Source: Balanoglossus misakiensis (lineage: Eukaryota > Animalia > Hemichordata). From it: DNA of 64,000 nucleotides. The first letter of the stretch is position 1. Every line of letters starts with the position of its first letter. The translations under genes and the position numbers were made by a program. Below, in pieces: positions 13,054 through 27,000 of this stretch. Under the pieces are notes generated by a model that was given only the letters and a program-made list of their open reading frames with translations, ran no database searches and was not told the origin of the DNA. The stretch spans positions 8,700,425-8,764,424 of the forward strand of contig CM082582.2 in the NCBI GenBank assembly GCA_040954595.2. The letters run 5' to 3'.

Positions 13054-16000
13054 GGAAAACATTAGCTCATATTGGCAATCTTTCCGCGCTATCTGATACT
13101 AAATTCCTGCAGCGATGATACCAGTATGAGTGTAACAAAATGTGCATATCGCAATTGTAACCGACCCCTAATAACAAATAATGTTTTGCCATATCTGTTC
13201 TGATACTCCTAATAGGATGGCATCGGATTCGCCGTGACGATTGTCGGTGTAAACCGTGAGGATTGCAATCTGTCGGATTGTCTCCCCCTGGCCACAGAAA
13301 TCAACACATTTATGCGAAAGAAGACCGTCTTTTCAATCAACACGCGCAACGGGATGCATCGCCGAGGATTCGTGCTCATCACGCGGACTGAAGCGAGAAG
13401 ACGCAACCCCCCTTCGATGTCCATGAAGTGCTATCAATTGTTCCATGGTAAGGCAACACTAGCCGTCTTCACGGGAGCAAAATCAGCCGCGTTAAAATAC
13501 ACACTGCGCGAATTCATTTCGTTTGCTCGCGAGCGGCCCTTTGTGACCGTGTTTGTCCAAAGCATATACCCACTCGACAGGATATCATCTAATTTGCTAG
13601 ATTAAAACCTCTGATTCGATTGGACGGATGGATAGAGCGACTTCAGCTGCATTTGGGGGGACTCAAAAGTACAAACGGTGCAAATTATTTGCTCTCCCCC
13701 AGGGCTGTCAATATTGGATCATTTGAAATGTCAGAAAGTGTGCTCTGTGACAAGAATTTTGCTGGCTAAATTAAATGCAGAGGTCGGCTTGCCGTGTTTG
13801 CCATGGCACACCCCGGCGGTGATATTCTCCTACATCGCGGAGATGTTTGCCAACTGTAATGAACTACCACGACCTCTCGCCTGTGCGCATGTCTATGACG
13901 TAATCCATTTTCTTCTGAACCATTTTCTTCGACTTTAAATGTGGTTGGTTATTGTTTCACATGCATCATTCCAATGGATGTGCATTTCATCAGAAGACCC
14001 CAATACCCTTTTAATCCGACTACTAGGCTACAATTGTCGAAGGCATTCTTGTTTTAATCAAAACTCTTCAATGAAAAAAAGTCCATTCTTTGTATGCGAC
14101 ACGAAAGTAAACCGACACTTTTATTGCGAATTGTGATAATTTGATAAAGAAGCTTTTTTGAACGCACACTTTAATTTTGTCCCGTTTTACTTTTATTCAA
14201 CGGGCAAAAAGGGATTAGAGTCGTCCCTGCCTCGAGACACTCAGAAATTGCATACATCAGCGTGGTTTTATCAGGCAGTTGTGAGAAACGATTGACGTAA
14301 GACATGACGTCATGTCAGCGTTCACTCTCCCAAGAATAGAACATACTTATTATTTTATATGCCTTTTTTGTCCAATGTGTGGGGGAATTGATGATGATGG
14401 ACAATTGGCATTTAGCATATCAGTAGTTGAAATGGCGGTGTTTTCTGCGCGCGGCCAGACATTTTTTTGCGAAACTGATCAGTTTAATCTTCAGACGGTG
14501 TGTCCATTTATAAAGCATTCGAGAGAGTGCGATATACCTGCAGGTTTAAGCGACAAAACGCTTACCCGATAGTATAATGGTATATGATGTTGTTGAAGGT
14601 GACGGTGTGGCAGCGTTCTCAAATACAAACGTACGCGCACGCGCACACACAAGTATAGTCAAGACCAATAGGTTTGCATGCTTATGAGACAGATTACGGG
14701 AACCCCTGGATGTATTGAATAAGAGCGAATATCACAGAATGTGACGGCATGTCTAACATGATCTTCAGTGTGCTTCCCTTGCTTGCTTACTTGTAAATGA
14801 GCATTGAAGCGTATGATAAAAGAAACGAAACATGACAAATCCATTAATGTCAGTCTGAACGACTTTGATAAAGGAACGGTAAGCTTTACTCACAGGCAAT
14901 CGAGGCAGTCTGGCTAATCTTTACTGATACGCAGAATATGCACTCGCCCAAAAGAACAGAGAAAGAAAGAAAATGAACGCCTCGCTCTTGCATCCACCTG
15001 ATATTAGCCAGAGGGTGTGAAAAGAGTTGGCATTTCATACTCAAAGCGAAAGACAGCGAAATTTGCGCTCTTCACGCGCGTACCATCTCGATGGGAGAAA
15101 CATGTTTCAATGCAGACCATGCAGAACCCGTGAACCGCAGTTATCAATCTTGCAGAAAACAACTGCATCGTTTCTATCTCAGAAATATTTATATCTCAAA
15201 GTTGACTGATTGATTGATTGGTTGGCTGGCTGAGTGGTTTATTGATTGATTGATTGTTTGATTGATTGACCGGTAACAGTCATTGGATCAAACCCTTGTG
15301 CCTCAAAAACCAGTATTCACACGTGGCTATTTAGCGGAATCTAAAATGAGACTCGTTATGATCATCGCAGACCTGCTAAACTACTCCACTCATTATCGAT
15401 TTCGTGTATCTAGGATAACACACGCTCGTCTGCAAGAAACGTGAACTGCACGATGATTATTGATGCGTACAGTGTATATAAAAACGGGCTAAAATGATCA
15501 GTGGGCGCGTCAGTCATTTTCCCGTATTCAGATTTTGTGAATAGGAATTCAGCGATTTACAACCTTTCATTCACTCGATAGTAATATAAGTAATTATAAT
15601 GTAAATTTGATATCTTTTTTTGTAGAAGACCAAAGAAAAAACTGCCAGGAAATATCCGCGCGCAAAGTGTAATATCTAAAAGAGACAATCTCCTATGGGT
15701 CCCAGGTGAACATTTAAACCAGCATTACGTCATCAATTGCGTCATCCCATCGCCGAATTCCGCGAGTATTGATCGAAGTTAAGCCACGCGACGACCTGAA
15801 CAACGTCAGCGATCGTCTCGGAGTTTTATCCCGGCTTCAGGAAGGAAATCCGCCGAGAGACATGCAAACTTTGGCGGCGGCCCTGGGGACGGACACGAAG
15901 CTTACCGGTGCACATCGTTTAAAACGATAGCTTTAGTCGGAATCGCGGTGATCATAAGCTCTTACGCCTAATTGGCAGAGTTGTCAGCAAAAAGGCAAAA

Positions 16001-18172
16001 CTGTATACACATAGTGCAGCAGGGAAGTGAGAATACGTCTATCTGTGCATAAACAATGTCTGTCTATTTGTCTGTATGTCTGTCTGTCTGCCTGTCCGTC
16101 CTTCCGTCCGCCCTCCTGCCTGTACGTCCATCCATCCACCCATCCATCCGAGATCTGGCCGTATCAAGCGATGTTACATTTAGTTGTATACAAAATGCGA
16201 GAATGCAAACGAGTCGCTTAGATGGAGTATTTCGACAATGAGAGAGTTTCAATCAAATGCGAAAAAGAGCAGTCCAAGCACGCGTTTTCTGCTCCAATAG
16301 ATAATTAATTATTTAGAGCACGGGAGAGGTAGAAAAGACTGTCTAAAATGCGGAGTGTAGACAAACGACGCCTACTTGCTTTAACTGTACACGGAACAGT
16401 CTATTTGGAATAGTTTATTGATGTACACACTTCAGGAGTTTTCGTTTGCCTTTCATTCCTGCGATTATCTTGGCGACGTTTTGACTTGCGTTGTAGGCCA
16501 ATCTACCGTGACTGAAACTGTGGACGCGATCAAATCTCACCGCCAACGGCCATTTTGTTACTTGAAACCTGAAAAATCAAAAGTCAACCAGCTCATATTA
16601 TAATCGATGACATGGATACATGTGATGTTAAAACGTACATTGGCGAGAAGTCCTGGAAGGATCGTTTTCTCCCATGTCTGTCTGTCTGTTTGTCTTCTGC
16701 CAAGTCTTGTCTCCACAGTTATCTTTTATATGTGCCGGGTGCAAAAAGATCACTAGATGTGTTTACTTCAAAACTTTTAATTGACACATGAATATCAAGA
16801 AAACAAGCTCACGACCGCACTTGTTCTCCCTGTAGGTATATTGGCCCCGTCTCCAATTTTTGCTCTCTCACTGTGTCAATAGTTCAAGGTAAGATTGCTC
16901 TGCTCTCTGAATTAAATCCCGCGTTCAATATGCAAAACATGATGCCAATTTATCCAGAAGCTTAAAAGTAAACCCGGTTTTTCATGCTGCAACAAATGAA
17001 ACTGTCAGTCTATTTGGACTGGAAATCACAAAACACTAAGGCATCGTTCTTTTTTTTGCCATGGGCATGACGTCAAACAGACTAATTTGCGAAATAATTG
17101 CAAAGCACTGTGGCAACAATGCGATATTATAAGAAAAAGAGATTTGGGGGACTTTGATTAAAGGAAAGGGTATCTGAAGTTATCAAGGTAGATTAGCTGA
17201 CCGCGAAACCTCTAATCAGGCGCGTTTCCCACCGACTCCTCCCCCAGGTGATGTCTAAGCATTAAGGAAGACAGGTTTATCACTCAGCCGCAGTTTAAAC
17301 TTTGAGGTAACGACTAAACACAGAGCGAAATGAACATCACTAGACACTCCAGCAAGGTAGAATTCTCCAACCAGGCGAGTAATCAGCTACTTAGCCATTC
17401 GACTCGTGTTAGGGACACAGCTGTGTTAATCCATTTCAAACAGCGAGAGGAGCTGTTCAGTTTGCCGTTCCAGTTGGGATGAATACATCATTTCATTTGG
17501 CCTGATCAAATATGCATGAGCTCTGCATGCAGGGAGGGCAGAAATGGGGGGGGGGGGGGGGTAGCTGAACGCCGTTATGAATCATCGAAAATGAGGGAGG
17601 GAGGGAGGGAGGGTTGGGGGTAGGGAAGGAGATGACGAATCCTGTCAGATTTGTCTGTTAGTGGACAGCGTGTGGACCAAACTGAAACACAGTATACACA
17701 AGAACATGACGCACCAACCAATTCATGGCGTGTTTATAGATTTCAAGTATTTATTTAACACTTTACACAATCGCTCAAAATGAACTATACCGGTCTCGGT
17801 TCGAGTATTGCTTCAAAAACACGGCGGGAAGGCAGTATCACACGCATGTACGCCGGTTCACAATTGCCAGCCCCTGATTTTACTCCACCCTGGCCGCAAC
17901 CATGGTAACGGATCGCACTCGGTACGAGTCGGCCAGGGTTCGCCCGTCAGCAACCACGCTAGCAGTGCCGTTTTGTCCCGTGTCGCCGACAAGAAAGTAC
18001 ATTTCACTCAAGAGCGACGCATACACTTATGAAATAAAGAGTTTTGACACAGAGGTAAATTCAAAGTGACAGAAATTGCTGTACATATTTTCCTGTACGT
18101 AATTCACTTTGTATAAACACGATTTCAGGGTGACTAGGTTTCCCCTTTAAAAATTACAGTTAGCGTACTCAC

Positions 18173-18188
18173 AAATCTGATTTTTTAC
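18173..18188 (-). CDS. Candidate 16-nt microexon of the orphan secreted-protein gene (encodes G-K-K-S-D)
   Basis: tttttttgcag|GTAAAAAATCAGATTT|gtgagt on minus strand. Stays open when joined in phase 1 to exon 21355-21095. Confidence 0.4.
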
Positions 18189-19703
18189 CTGCAAAAAAAC
18201 TATGACGCCTTTAGTCCATGGTTTGAAATCAATTAGACCGACGAAGTCACTGCATGGAAAAGAACCATTTCAAAACGAAAAATAAAGAGAAACGTTTTCA
18301 CGAAACACAACGTCAGCGAAATCCAATTGATCTCGCATGCAGTTGACAAATTTGAAATCAAAGGGTGGTTCATTTCCTCGCAACATGCCTGATTTAGACG
18401 CTGGGCAGGTATGCTAAAACCACACTCATTGCTCCACACAACTGTTTATAAAGTCTTCGCACTAGGTCTACCCAGGAAATCAATACACTGAGAGAGACAA
18501 ACGTACAGGAGTTCAGATTTTTCTAGAATCTAAATTTACGAGTAGTTTTATCAACCCAGCCAGCTAGATTGACAGAACCGGTCCTATTAATACATTCTTA
18601 GCACGCGCAGTTATTTTGCTTTGGGGATCCTCGTGAAAAAATATGAATCTCACGGGTCCCAAGGTCTGAATTTGTCTGAGATATTCAGTATTCTACTATC
18701 TATTCACTTCTGATTTCGTTACGTGTCTATTTGACTTCACTACGCTTCATTGCTCGCCGCACGTCACGCTCACATCCAATCGTTTACGGCGAGAAATCTA
18801 AATAGATCTTTTTATAGCGTTTTCCCGTTGGTCCCCTTCCTCCTTCCCCGCGCGTCGTGACGTCAGCACAGGAAGACCATTGCTCTCCGGAATGCATCCA
18901 GTTTCCATAACAACACAGTTAACATTCAAATTAGGAATTGAAGTACCCGAGCGAAAAATCATGGTTTCCTTGAGAATGAAAACAAAAAATGGAGACAACG
19001 GATCATGAGCGAATGACCTTTAAAGCGACACGCACTGGCCTGCTGCCGGGTCTGCCTAACCGAAGAGGCGAGAGAACTCGCTCTTGTTAAACAATGATTC
19101 AATGGGTATCGAGGAGAGCCACGGAACGGGGTGTGACGTAACCCTTCCCCCAGGATGAAATATAAAGAAAGCCCGATGTAGTGATCACGTGATGATTACA
19201 CCCGAAATGTGTACGTAACAAAGATTTCACTGACACGTCTACAACAGTTAAGGGCCACCAACAAATTTGACTAAAGTACACGGCGTGAATGAATGAATTA
19301 ATACAAACATTATGTCTATCGCTATAAATCTTCACACAGTCCCGTCGCTTTTACCCACAATTCAGTCCGTATGTACATGTAGAAACATTTCACGGTACTC
19401 GTGACTGTATCAACGCTGGCCGCAGACAATTATTTACACAAGTCTTCAGCTCTGCTCTCGGTCGATGGTAAGCTCCTTCGGTGTCCTTTACGAATCTGTC
19501 ATCTCATTCTGTCCATATTCAAAATACTGATGATTAAGCCACAGCTTCGGGAGACATGAAAGTGTTAGGTATTGCTCTCCCCAGCAATTAGAAGACGCCT
19601 CGGCAACTCGTGACTAGAGAAGGTGTCGTGCCCGTTGATAAATCAATACCACAACTGAGAGACTCCATGCGTACATGTGCGAAGGCGATGAACTCCCTGT
19701 CGT

Positions 19704-19754
19704 GAGAGAGAGAGAGGGAGAGAGGGAGCGAGAGATAGAGGGAGAGAGAGAGAG
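19704..19754. repeat. (GA)n microsatellite, imperfect
   Basis: gagagagagagagggagagagggagcgagagatagagggagagagagagaga. Confidence 0.85.
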
Positions 19755-21094
19755 ATTATATTCTATCGTACACTTTACTGAAACATTTGATTTGTAATTG
19801 CCTCAGCGCAGTGCATTGTGGAACCGGAAAGAAAATTATAGGAGAACTATAGCAGCGAGTACAGACAACGACATCACTCTTGGGGGGTATAGTATTCTTC
19901 TATTTAGATATACGAATGACTGTCTAACCCACCTGATTTGTCACCGCCTTTATCTTGAACTTCTAAAAGATTTCCACCTGCAAATCAAGAATAAATGCAT
20001 AACGTATGAATGCTGTATCGCCGCTCTTGTATTCATCCCGGCCCTCACAGCCCCAGGGCCTATTCAAGTCTGACTCCAAATTATATATTCATCTGATATT
20101 TCATGCATGCATCGTGCCTGAACATTGCTTAAACCACCTAAATATACGTCTACAGTATGTTAGTCTGTTCTGCTGATTGTCTGGGCACTTCATATAAAAA
20201 AAAACCGCGACTAATCTGTCGAATAGTCTTGCATGTATATTTACCAAAACGTATTGACACAAATGGAGTTCGCGTTTCCGATCGGTCGGGAATTGAGGAT
20301 GATGGATTCTCTGGGGAACAATATGCACCGAGAATTAACCGTATCCGTTTCTCTGAGAGAAAAAAAACGCGACTATCGATCGCTGATTTGTGCGGAAGTC
20401 TGAAATCTAGATTGTATCTCTTCATCACTTGTTAAGGATTAAACAAAGAGGAAGTCCATTGACACGACACGAGGGCGTGTCATGTAGATGTAAGAGCCAC
20501 ATGTTCTCTAATCCATGTTACCTACACGGCATCTTTAAATTTTTAGTTAGTGTTCTACTCAACATTGAAATTGTAATTTTTCTCGCACTTCTAATGCTAC
20601 AGTTTTTTATGGGAAAATATCTGAACAGCTCTATCAAAATTTGTGAATTACCTGCAACGATAACCAACTCTTTAACTAACTAAGACCCTCGCTAGCTAAC
20701 TGACTGACTGACTTTATAGACGTAGCACTGTAGCACGTTTGATCAGGATGGGTTTTGTTTGCGTATATCCCATTTGCACGACTATCTTTGTCAAGAGTTA
20801 CAGACTGTTTTTCCAGCGCACAAACAGAAATGCTCCGTGACATTTTCGATAATTTTATTTCTTTGTCCGATTGATGATAATCCAAATATGATATGTGCAT
20901 TATTTATAAAGGTGGACAGATTTCTCTCTTTCGACGGCTTTGATGTTTGATCATTAGCATACACAAATTTGCATAGACGCTCACGCAAATCCCCTGCAAA
21001 TGTCACGGGTCGTTTGGAAGCAAGCTGGGCCTATCCTTCCAGACAGCAGGTTAATTTTGCTTTGATTCTCCAAAAGGAGACTTATTTAACGTAC

Positions 21095-21355
21095 CTGAAG
21101 TAGCGGAGGTAGCGTTATCGCCGTTCGGGGTGCTGTTCACGCCTGCGGTGTGCGTTTCTACGGTCGTCTCTTGGTCGTCGTTCAGTCCCCCTCCCGGAGG
21201 AGGTACGTCTCCACCCGTCATTTCGCCGTCTTCGGGCCCCTGGGGATACAGCGGGGGCATCCCGTCCAACGGCGGCGGGTTAGCCGCTGACGGCATGAGT
21301 TCGGTGTCGTCGTCGGTGCCGACGTCATCGTTCGCCGAGACGCTCCACACATCAT
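21095..21355 (-). CDS. Internal coding exon of an unrecognised secreted, acidic Pro/Gly/Thr-rich protein
   Basis: tttacag|...|gtacgt, 261 nt, phase 1-1, GC-rich against AT-rich flanks. Encodes DDVWSVSANDDVGTDDDTELMPSAANPPPLDGMPPLYPQGPEDGEMTGGDVPPPGGGLNDDQETTVETHTAGVNSTPNGDNATSATS. Confidence 0.7.
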
Positions 21356-24029
21356 CTGTAAAGTATAAGTGGGGAGAACAGGTCACTTTCATGACCCTAC
21401 ATGACCTCGTACTTCTGTTGGCACGAAACCACCATTTTGAAGAGAAACTTAACAAAACTCTATCATTGCACCTGTGGTCAATGAAGTACAGAGTGAATTA
21501 CCGAGACGACGCTTTTTCACAAGCAATATTTTACACATTTCTCCTACCAAAACGTTTTTATTTTGACGCCATACCACCGGAAGTACAATGATGTAAGGTC
21601 ATAGGGGTCATGAAAGAGATACTGGTATGCTATATGTGGACGCAGCTTCCGGTTGTTCTCTCGCCATGAAGAGCCAGCGTCGGCCGCAACGAGAAATCAT
21701 AAATGGTCTTCGGCGTATAAACCCATCAATCGAAGGGGGAAAGCAAACCCCTTCCCAGGTAATTTATCACTAGGATTGCCTTTTAACTTGCTGTCTTAAT
21801 CCCCCGCACCTGCACCGTTGTCCCTTTTATAGTGTTTTGACAGAGTGCTGCCGAACGGGGCCCAAGGCATCTATAAATTCCGCCTCTCCAGCGATAAATT
21901 TGACAGTCAATTCCGTAATACGCAGAGCAGTGGCTTTCACACAATTCCCGTGCATTCACGAGCGGCGTTATCACTTCTGTGCTCGCCCTGGCGTATCGAG
22001 GCACCGCCGTACCTAGACTCTTGATTCTTGGCAAAAATTGCCGACGACGGCGTTGAACGACAAGCGCGCAAGGCGTTCATAAATTATTACACTTGGCTGT
22101 CTGCTCCATCCCATTTTATTTTTAATTTAAACTTTTCTGTGTCATCTCGATACGCACCTTCAGTAGCTCTAAACTTTCCAGCCCCACTATATACCATGCT
22201 TGCAACTGTGACACATAGGTGCTTCGTACACGTTCTGCATTTTAACTCGTCTAACAGCTTAAAGGCCCAGGATCGTCTCATGCGCATGTGCGTGATTTTG
22301 TGTGTGCAAACATTACATCCAATCCGAATGTTTTGCAAATTTTGCGTTCGACGCATTCAAATAGTGGACTGCCTTCACTTCTTCCATATTTCATGCGCAC
22401 CATATGAGTAGAAGCGGGAAGTGGTGAGTATAACCGTAAGCAGTTGACTTGCTTGCTATTTGTCGAGAGTCAGCCGATGTGATTTTTGTCGCCGTACCGG
22501 TTCCGGTGTCTCACTGGAGTCTGGTGCCCCACGGGAACAGCGACGCTGTAGTCCGTGGAGTCATGATTGCAACGTCTTTTTTTGTCCCGGTCTGAATCGT
22601 AATATCTTAAGTCGTCTCTGGGTTGCCACGACTGCGGGGTTGTTCCATGAATTTTACATGCGGCCGGGACTTTCTTGATGGTGGTCCGTTACGTTTAGAT
22701 AAACACGTTGCTGTCGGCATTGCAGCTTTCACGCCAACAGAAAAAAGGTTAAGCCAACCCACGTCCACCCTAGAGAATTCACTGAGACAGATGCTCCCCC
22801 ACCCTTCCGGGTTGCAACGCAAATATTGGAGGTGGCTGCCATCCCACGCTATTAAGCGAATGCAACTCGCTCGTGCGTTTATAAACTTGATTTATGCATC
22901 CTTTGGGTGACTCTAGATCCCGATGAAATTGTTCCTGCCCAGTTATCGTAACAAGTTGTAGCAATAACAATAACTGACTCGTGTATATGAGTCACACTTT
23001 TTATCATTTGCGCGCCAAAATATATCCAGCCAGGTGTGTTTACGGCATCTGATAAAAGAGTGCTTTGTTGGAAAGGTGAGGGTGTTCGAACTCAGGAATG
23101 TCAAAAGGCGTTGTGTAACAGATGAGTTTTCTCGACAGGGATCATTTGGAAAGGTCAAGCAATAATAACACGCTCTTCTCTGTTTGCCATGTAAAGCCCT
23201 ATACATACATATACACGTAGTTATGGATGTACATGTCTGTCTGTCTGTCTAGTATCCCCAGGGCCCCGCGGCCGGTGTGTATCACCAAGGCATGAGTATT
23301 CACATATGATAAGAGAACTATACCTTAAAGGGACAGAATTGCTAGCTTTTGGCGGTATTCGGGAAAGTTTCACTCCGACTGAGAATTCAATTAACGACAT
23401 TCACGCTCGTTGAATCTTCATACTGTGCAGTAAGCTATATGACTTCTGGTCACGCGAATATGAAACACAAGTACATCGATGACATAATATTGCCATGATT
23501 CTAAATTACGCCACGTAAGCAGTTTCATGCCATACGTGATACAGCTAACTACCTAACTACTACGTGTAGACAAATCGCCACGCCAAAAGACAGGGAAGGA
23601 ATTACTCGAGTCTCAGTGTAATACCGAAGCTGATCCACACAGCCTTTCACGAGTCTTGGCGAGAAAATATACAACAGGCACTGCCAACACATCATTAGTC
23701 TCGAGCATGCAGTATATATGCAACGGTGTCAAGCAGAAATGGCAGTGATTGCACTGTACAGCTCCGGAAATGCCTGCGACAAGAATCTTAATTGTACAAT
23801 TTGTCCGAAACAGGAGGAACGCTGTGATATGTTCAATAAAAAACGCTAAATAGCGGAGAATTACAGCAATCGGCGATACGTGGACATTCGCCTCTCATTT
23901 GATGACTCAAAAGGACTGACAAAAACAGTTGAGAGTGAAAGATGGGGCGGAAAGCCAACGGGGCGTTCCCGGAACAAGCGGACAATTGCAAAGTGACAAT
24001 CTGAGAATCGTGATGATTTCAGTACTCAC

Positions 24030-24090
24030 CGTGCCGTACAGACATCACTAAAAGCGACCACAGGAAGAGGAACGCCGCGTCTCTCCACAT
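24030..24090 (-). CDS. Signal-peptide first coding exon of the same orphan gene
   Basis: aagATG MWRDAAFLFLWSLLVMSVRH followed by G|gtgagt (phase 1), which matches the phase-1 exon at 21355. An acceptor (gtttcag) near 24122 suggests a further upstream non-coding exon. Confidence 0.65.
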
Positions 24091-27000
24091 CTTGAACTCC
24101 TATTAGCAGTTACGTGCGCTTCTGAAACGTCAATCAAACGCTGAAGATGGGGGGAAAAAGCCCCGTCTGTGGTAACGCGACGTCTAAACGGTGATGCAGG
24201 AACGCTGGGGCCTTGTGACTGTCAACCAGGTTTCCGCGCTGGGCATGCTTCTCCCCCGCACCGTCTCCCGCGTAATACACGTTATCGAACTCATGCACCG
24301 GCGAGTAGGGGGCCTGTATTTTATCGAGCCGAGTCCCCCGCTTTCTTGCCCCGGGCGATGTTTTATCTCAAGTACAGCCACCAAGAAAAAAACGATTTAG
24401 AATTCCCGTGCTATTTTCACAACAGGCTTTCAGCGACTTAATGGTTTTTCTCTCAGAGAAAGGGGAAACACCAACTGGCAGCGAATCACACGATGTGGAA
24501 TCTGCGGTTCCGGCCGAATGAACGGATGGACGACGGCCAAACAGTCGGGGGTGTTCAAGTCCTGAACACTCTTCTTTCCCCTGACGTAGATTCGGTTCCT
24601 GTCAGATGTGAGATCCCTGACTTGTCCCCGTTTCACCTGATAAGAAGCACGCCTAACGAACGTTCCCACGTCAGTGCAGAACGCAACGCCAAGTGAATTT
24701 AGTATCCGTGGAACAGCGCACTCGCCGCTGGCCAATTATCATTCGGCGGTCCTCGCCAGAACAGCAAGCCGGACCTGGAAATCTATTTGAAGACAAAAGC
24801 AGAGAGTTTTTTGTGACGTTAATCACCGGTTCATGATAAGCCTCGCACCTTCGAATGCCGCGCTCGCGCCTGCGCCGCTGGCTACACCGTTTCCTTGTAC
24901 TGTGTCGTAATACAGACGCGCGACGGAGGGCGTTATTACTGTCGGAGCGCCCCTTCAACCACTGTGCTGCACTAGCTGACTCTGAAATCTAATCATTGCC
25001 TATCACGGATGATTTCATTGGGTGGTCGCTTTATACGCCTACGAGAACACGCGCAAGTGAAGTCTCTCCAATATTCTTATTATCATGATATCAAACGATT
25101 TGAAGAACACAGATCACGCGGCACCGTATCGTGCACGTGGTCCCTTCGCTTGATCCCACAAACTATTCAATTGACGAATTCATTTTCGAAGTTACCCCAT
25201 CACTCGCGAGAATCAGTGTCTCTGTTTGATTGATCGGCGTATCCGTGGTAACATATCTGTGTAGCAGAGAACCCTTTGTCCATTCAGCCCCTTTCCTGTT
25301 GTACATCCACTTTGTGCTCTTGTTGCATTCAGCCCTACTCGACCATCCGGTACACGCATGTCAGACACAACCGCTTCGCCCCCCCCCCCCACCAACTAAC
25401 GAAACCATCAAATGTCAACGGCAATATTTCCATTTCAGCGTTATCGTGTTTTCTTCATCTTTGTGACATTTGCTTACGGTCTGAGATTCTGTTTCCTCCG
25501 CGGCATGAGTGAGTGAACAATGGCAAATCGCTTCCACCCACCCCCAGAAAATGATTGTTCGATTACCGTAAAGGTCCCTATGCCCTTACGCGCAATCTGC
25601 GGGATGATCGGCCAATTTTATGAATATTTATCCTAAACGTTGTCAAGGCTACGCGGTTTTATAAATGGGTCAACAGATATAGATGCGATTACACCACACG
25701 GATGCTGAACTTAAATGTTAATCGGGAAACTTTTACCACGCTTTCAGTGAAACTCAAGTGGATCTAGAAAAAATCTTGTCTTGCTTGTTTTGTGCGATCA
25801 TCGATTACGCACAACAAGGTAACGCCTCCTCGTTCGTGTAGTGATCCGAGAAAATGAGCAATTGAATCTTTTATCTCGATGTCAATGCTGCAGTAAGTCT
25901 GACCGATGAACTTTAATAGAAATTTTCTGGTCGTGATTATAATGATATCTGCTGACGTCATCAGCCAGAGAGGTGAGGACCAAAGTGATGATGATGACGC
26001 CAACGAGCAAATTAATGAGCGCCAGTTCTCAGGTGTTTTTACCACCTTGGTACCGCTGAGGAACCGTTGCTTTCGTCACTCCTGGCGGAAGGGGGGTATG
26101 GCTCATCAGGAAGTCACGTGTTCACGTGGATGCAACTCACTTGTGGAGGAGGGGGAGCCGGAGGAGGGGGAGGGGGAGTGTGGTTAACAACAAACAAACA
26201 AAACAGGCAAACCATTCTCTATTCACCGTGTGTTTTTACTGTTCCGACAACTAATGAGTCACAAATGGGGAAATCTCCCTCACCCCGGGGGGCGGGTGGG
26301 GGGAACACTGTACAAGGTAGTCGTGTTTCCCAGGTGGCATAGAAACATGTGATGATTATCAACGCCCTCGGAAGACTAGAAGTTCTCGTTATCTGATTTT
26401 CTGATATCGACGTGGGAGGTGTCGGGCTTCTGTCCGAGAGGACATCTCGTAAAAAAAACAGCGAGTATATCGCAGAATTGAGTAGTGAACTCGTGACCTG
26501 CGCATGTCATGTTTGATAAAAACGAGATGTCGCGTTTGCCGATGATGGGCCATCTCCCATCTTTTCTTTGCTGCACAGTCCCCCGGGAGATTTTAGTCAT
26601 AAAAAAGTCAACGTTTGCGGTGCTTTTATGCCCGAACAAACTAAGCGGTATATGCAACCGCTAAAATGACATTTTGCACACATGCATGCTTCATTGTTAA
26701 CACAATCAACTGATTTTTAAGATAGTAAATGCAATCGGCGCCTAAGATGTCTCGCTGCTTATATTATATTTTCATTTTTCTGGTTAAACATCTGGCTAAC
26801 GGTGTCATTTTTCCCAAATAACAAGAGTGAATACCTGTACACACGTTGTATGAACTATACCCAGTAATTATTTCAATACCTCGATAACATTTCTTTTACT
26901 TCGGGCCATACAGGCACCGCTCGCTCGATCAATCAGACTTTGGCCTAACCTGTTTCATAAATTTATAGTTTAGGGGCACTGAGATTTTAATTTAGTTTCG

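Noticed and set aside
12591-13096. ORFs with CMYPCGV / HHMDTYI repeats (metal-binding look) and a CRISPR-like appearance
   Set aside because: Head-to-tail 21-bp minisatellite with no spacers, no cas genes, and a eukaryotic context.
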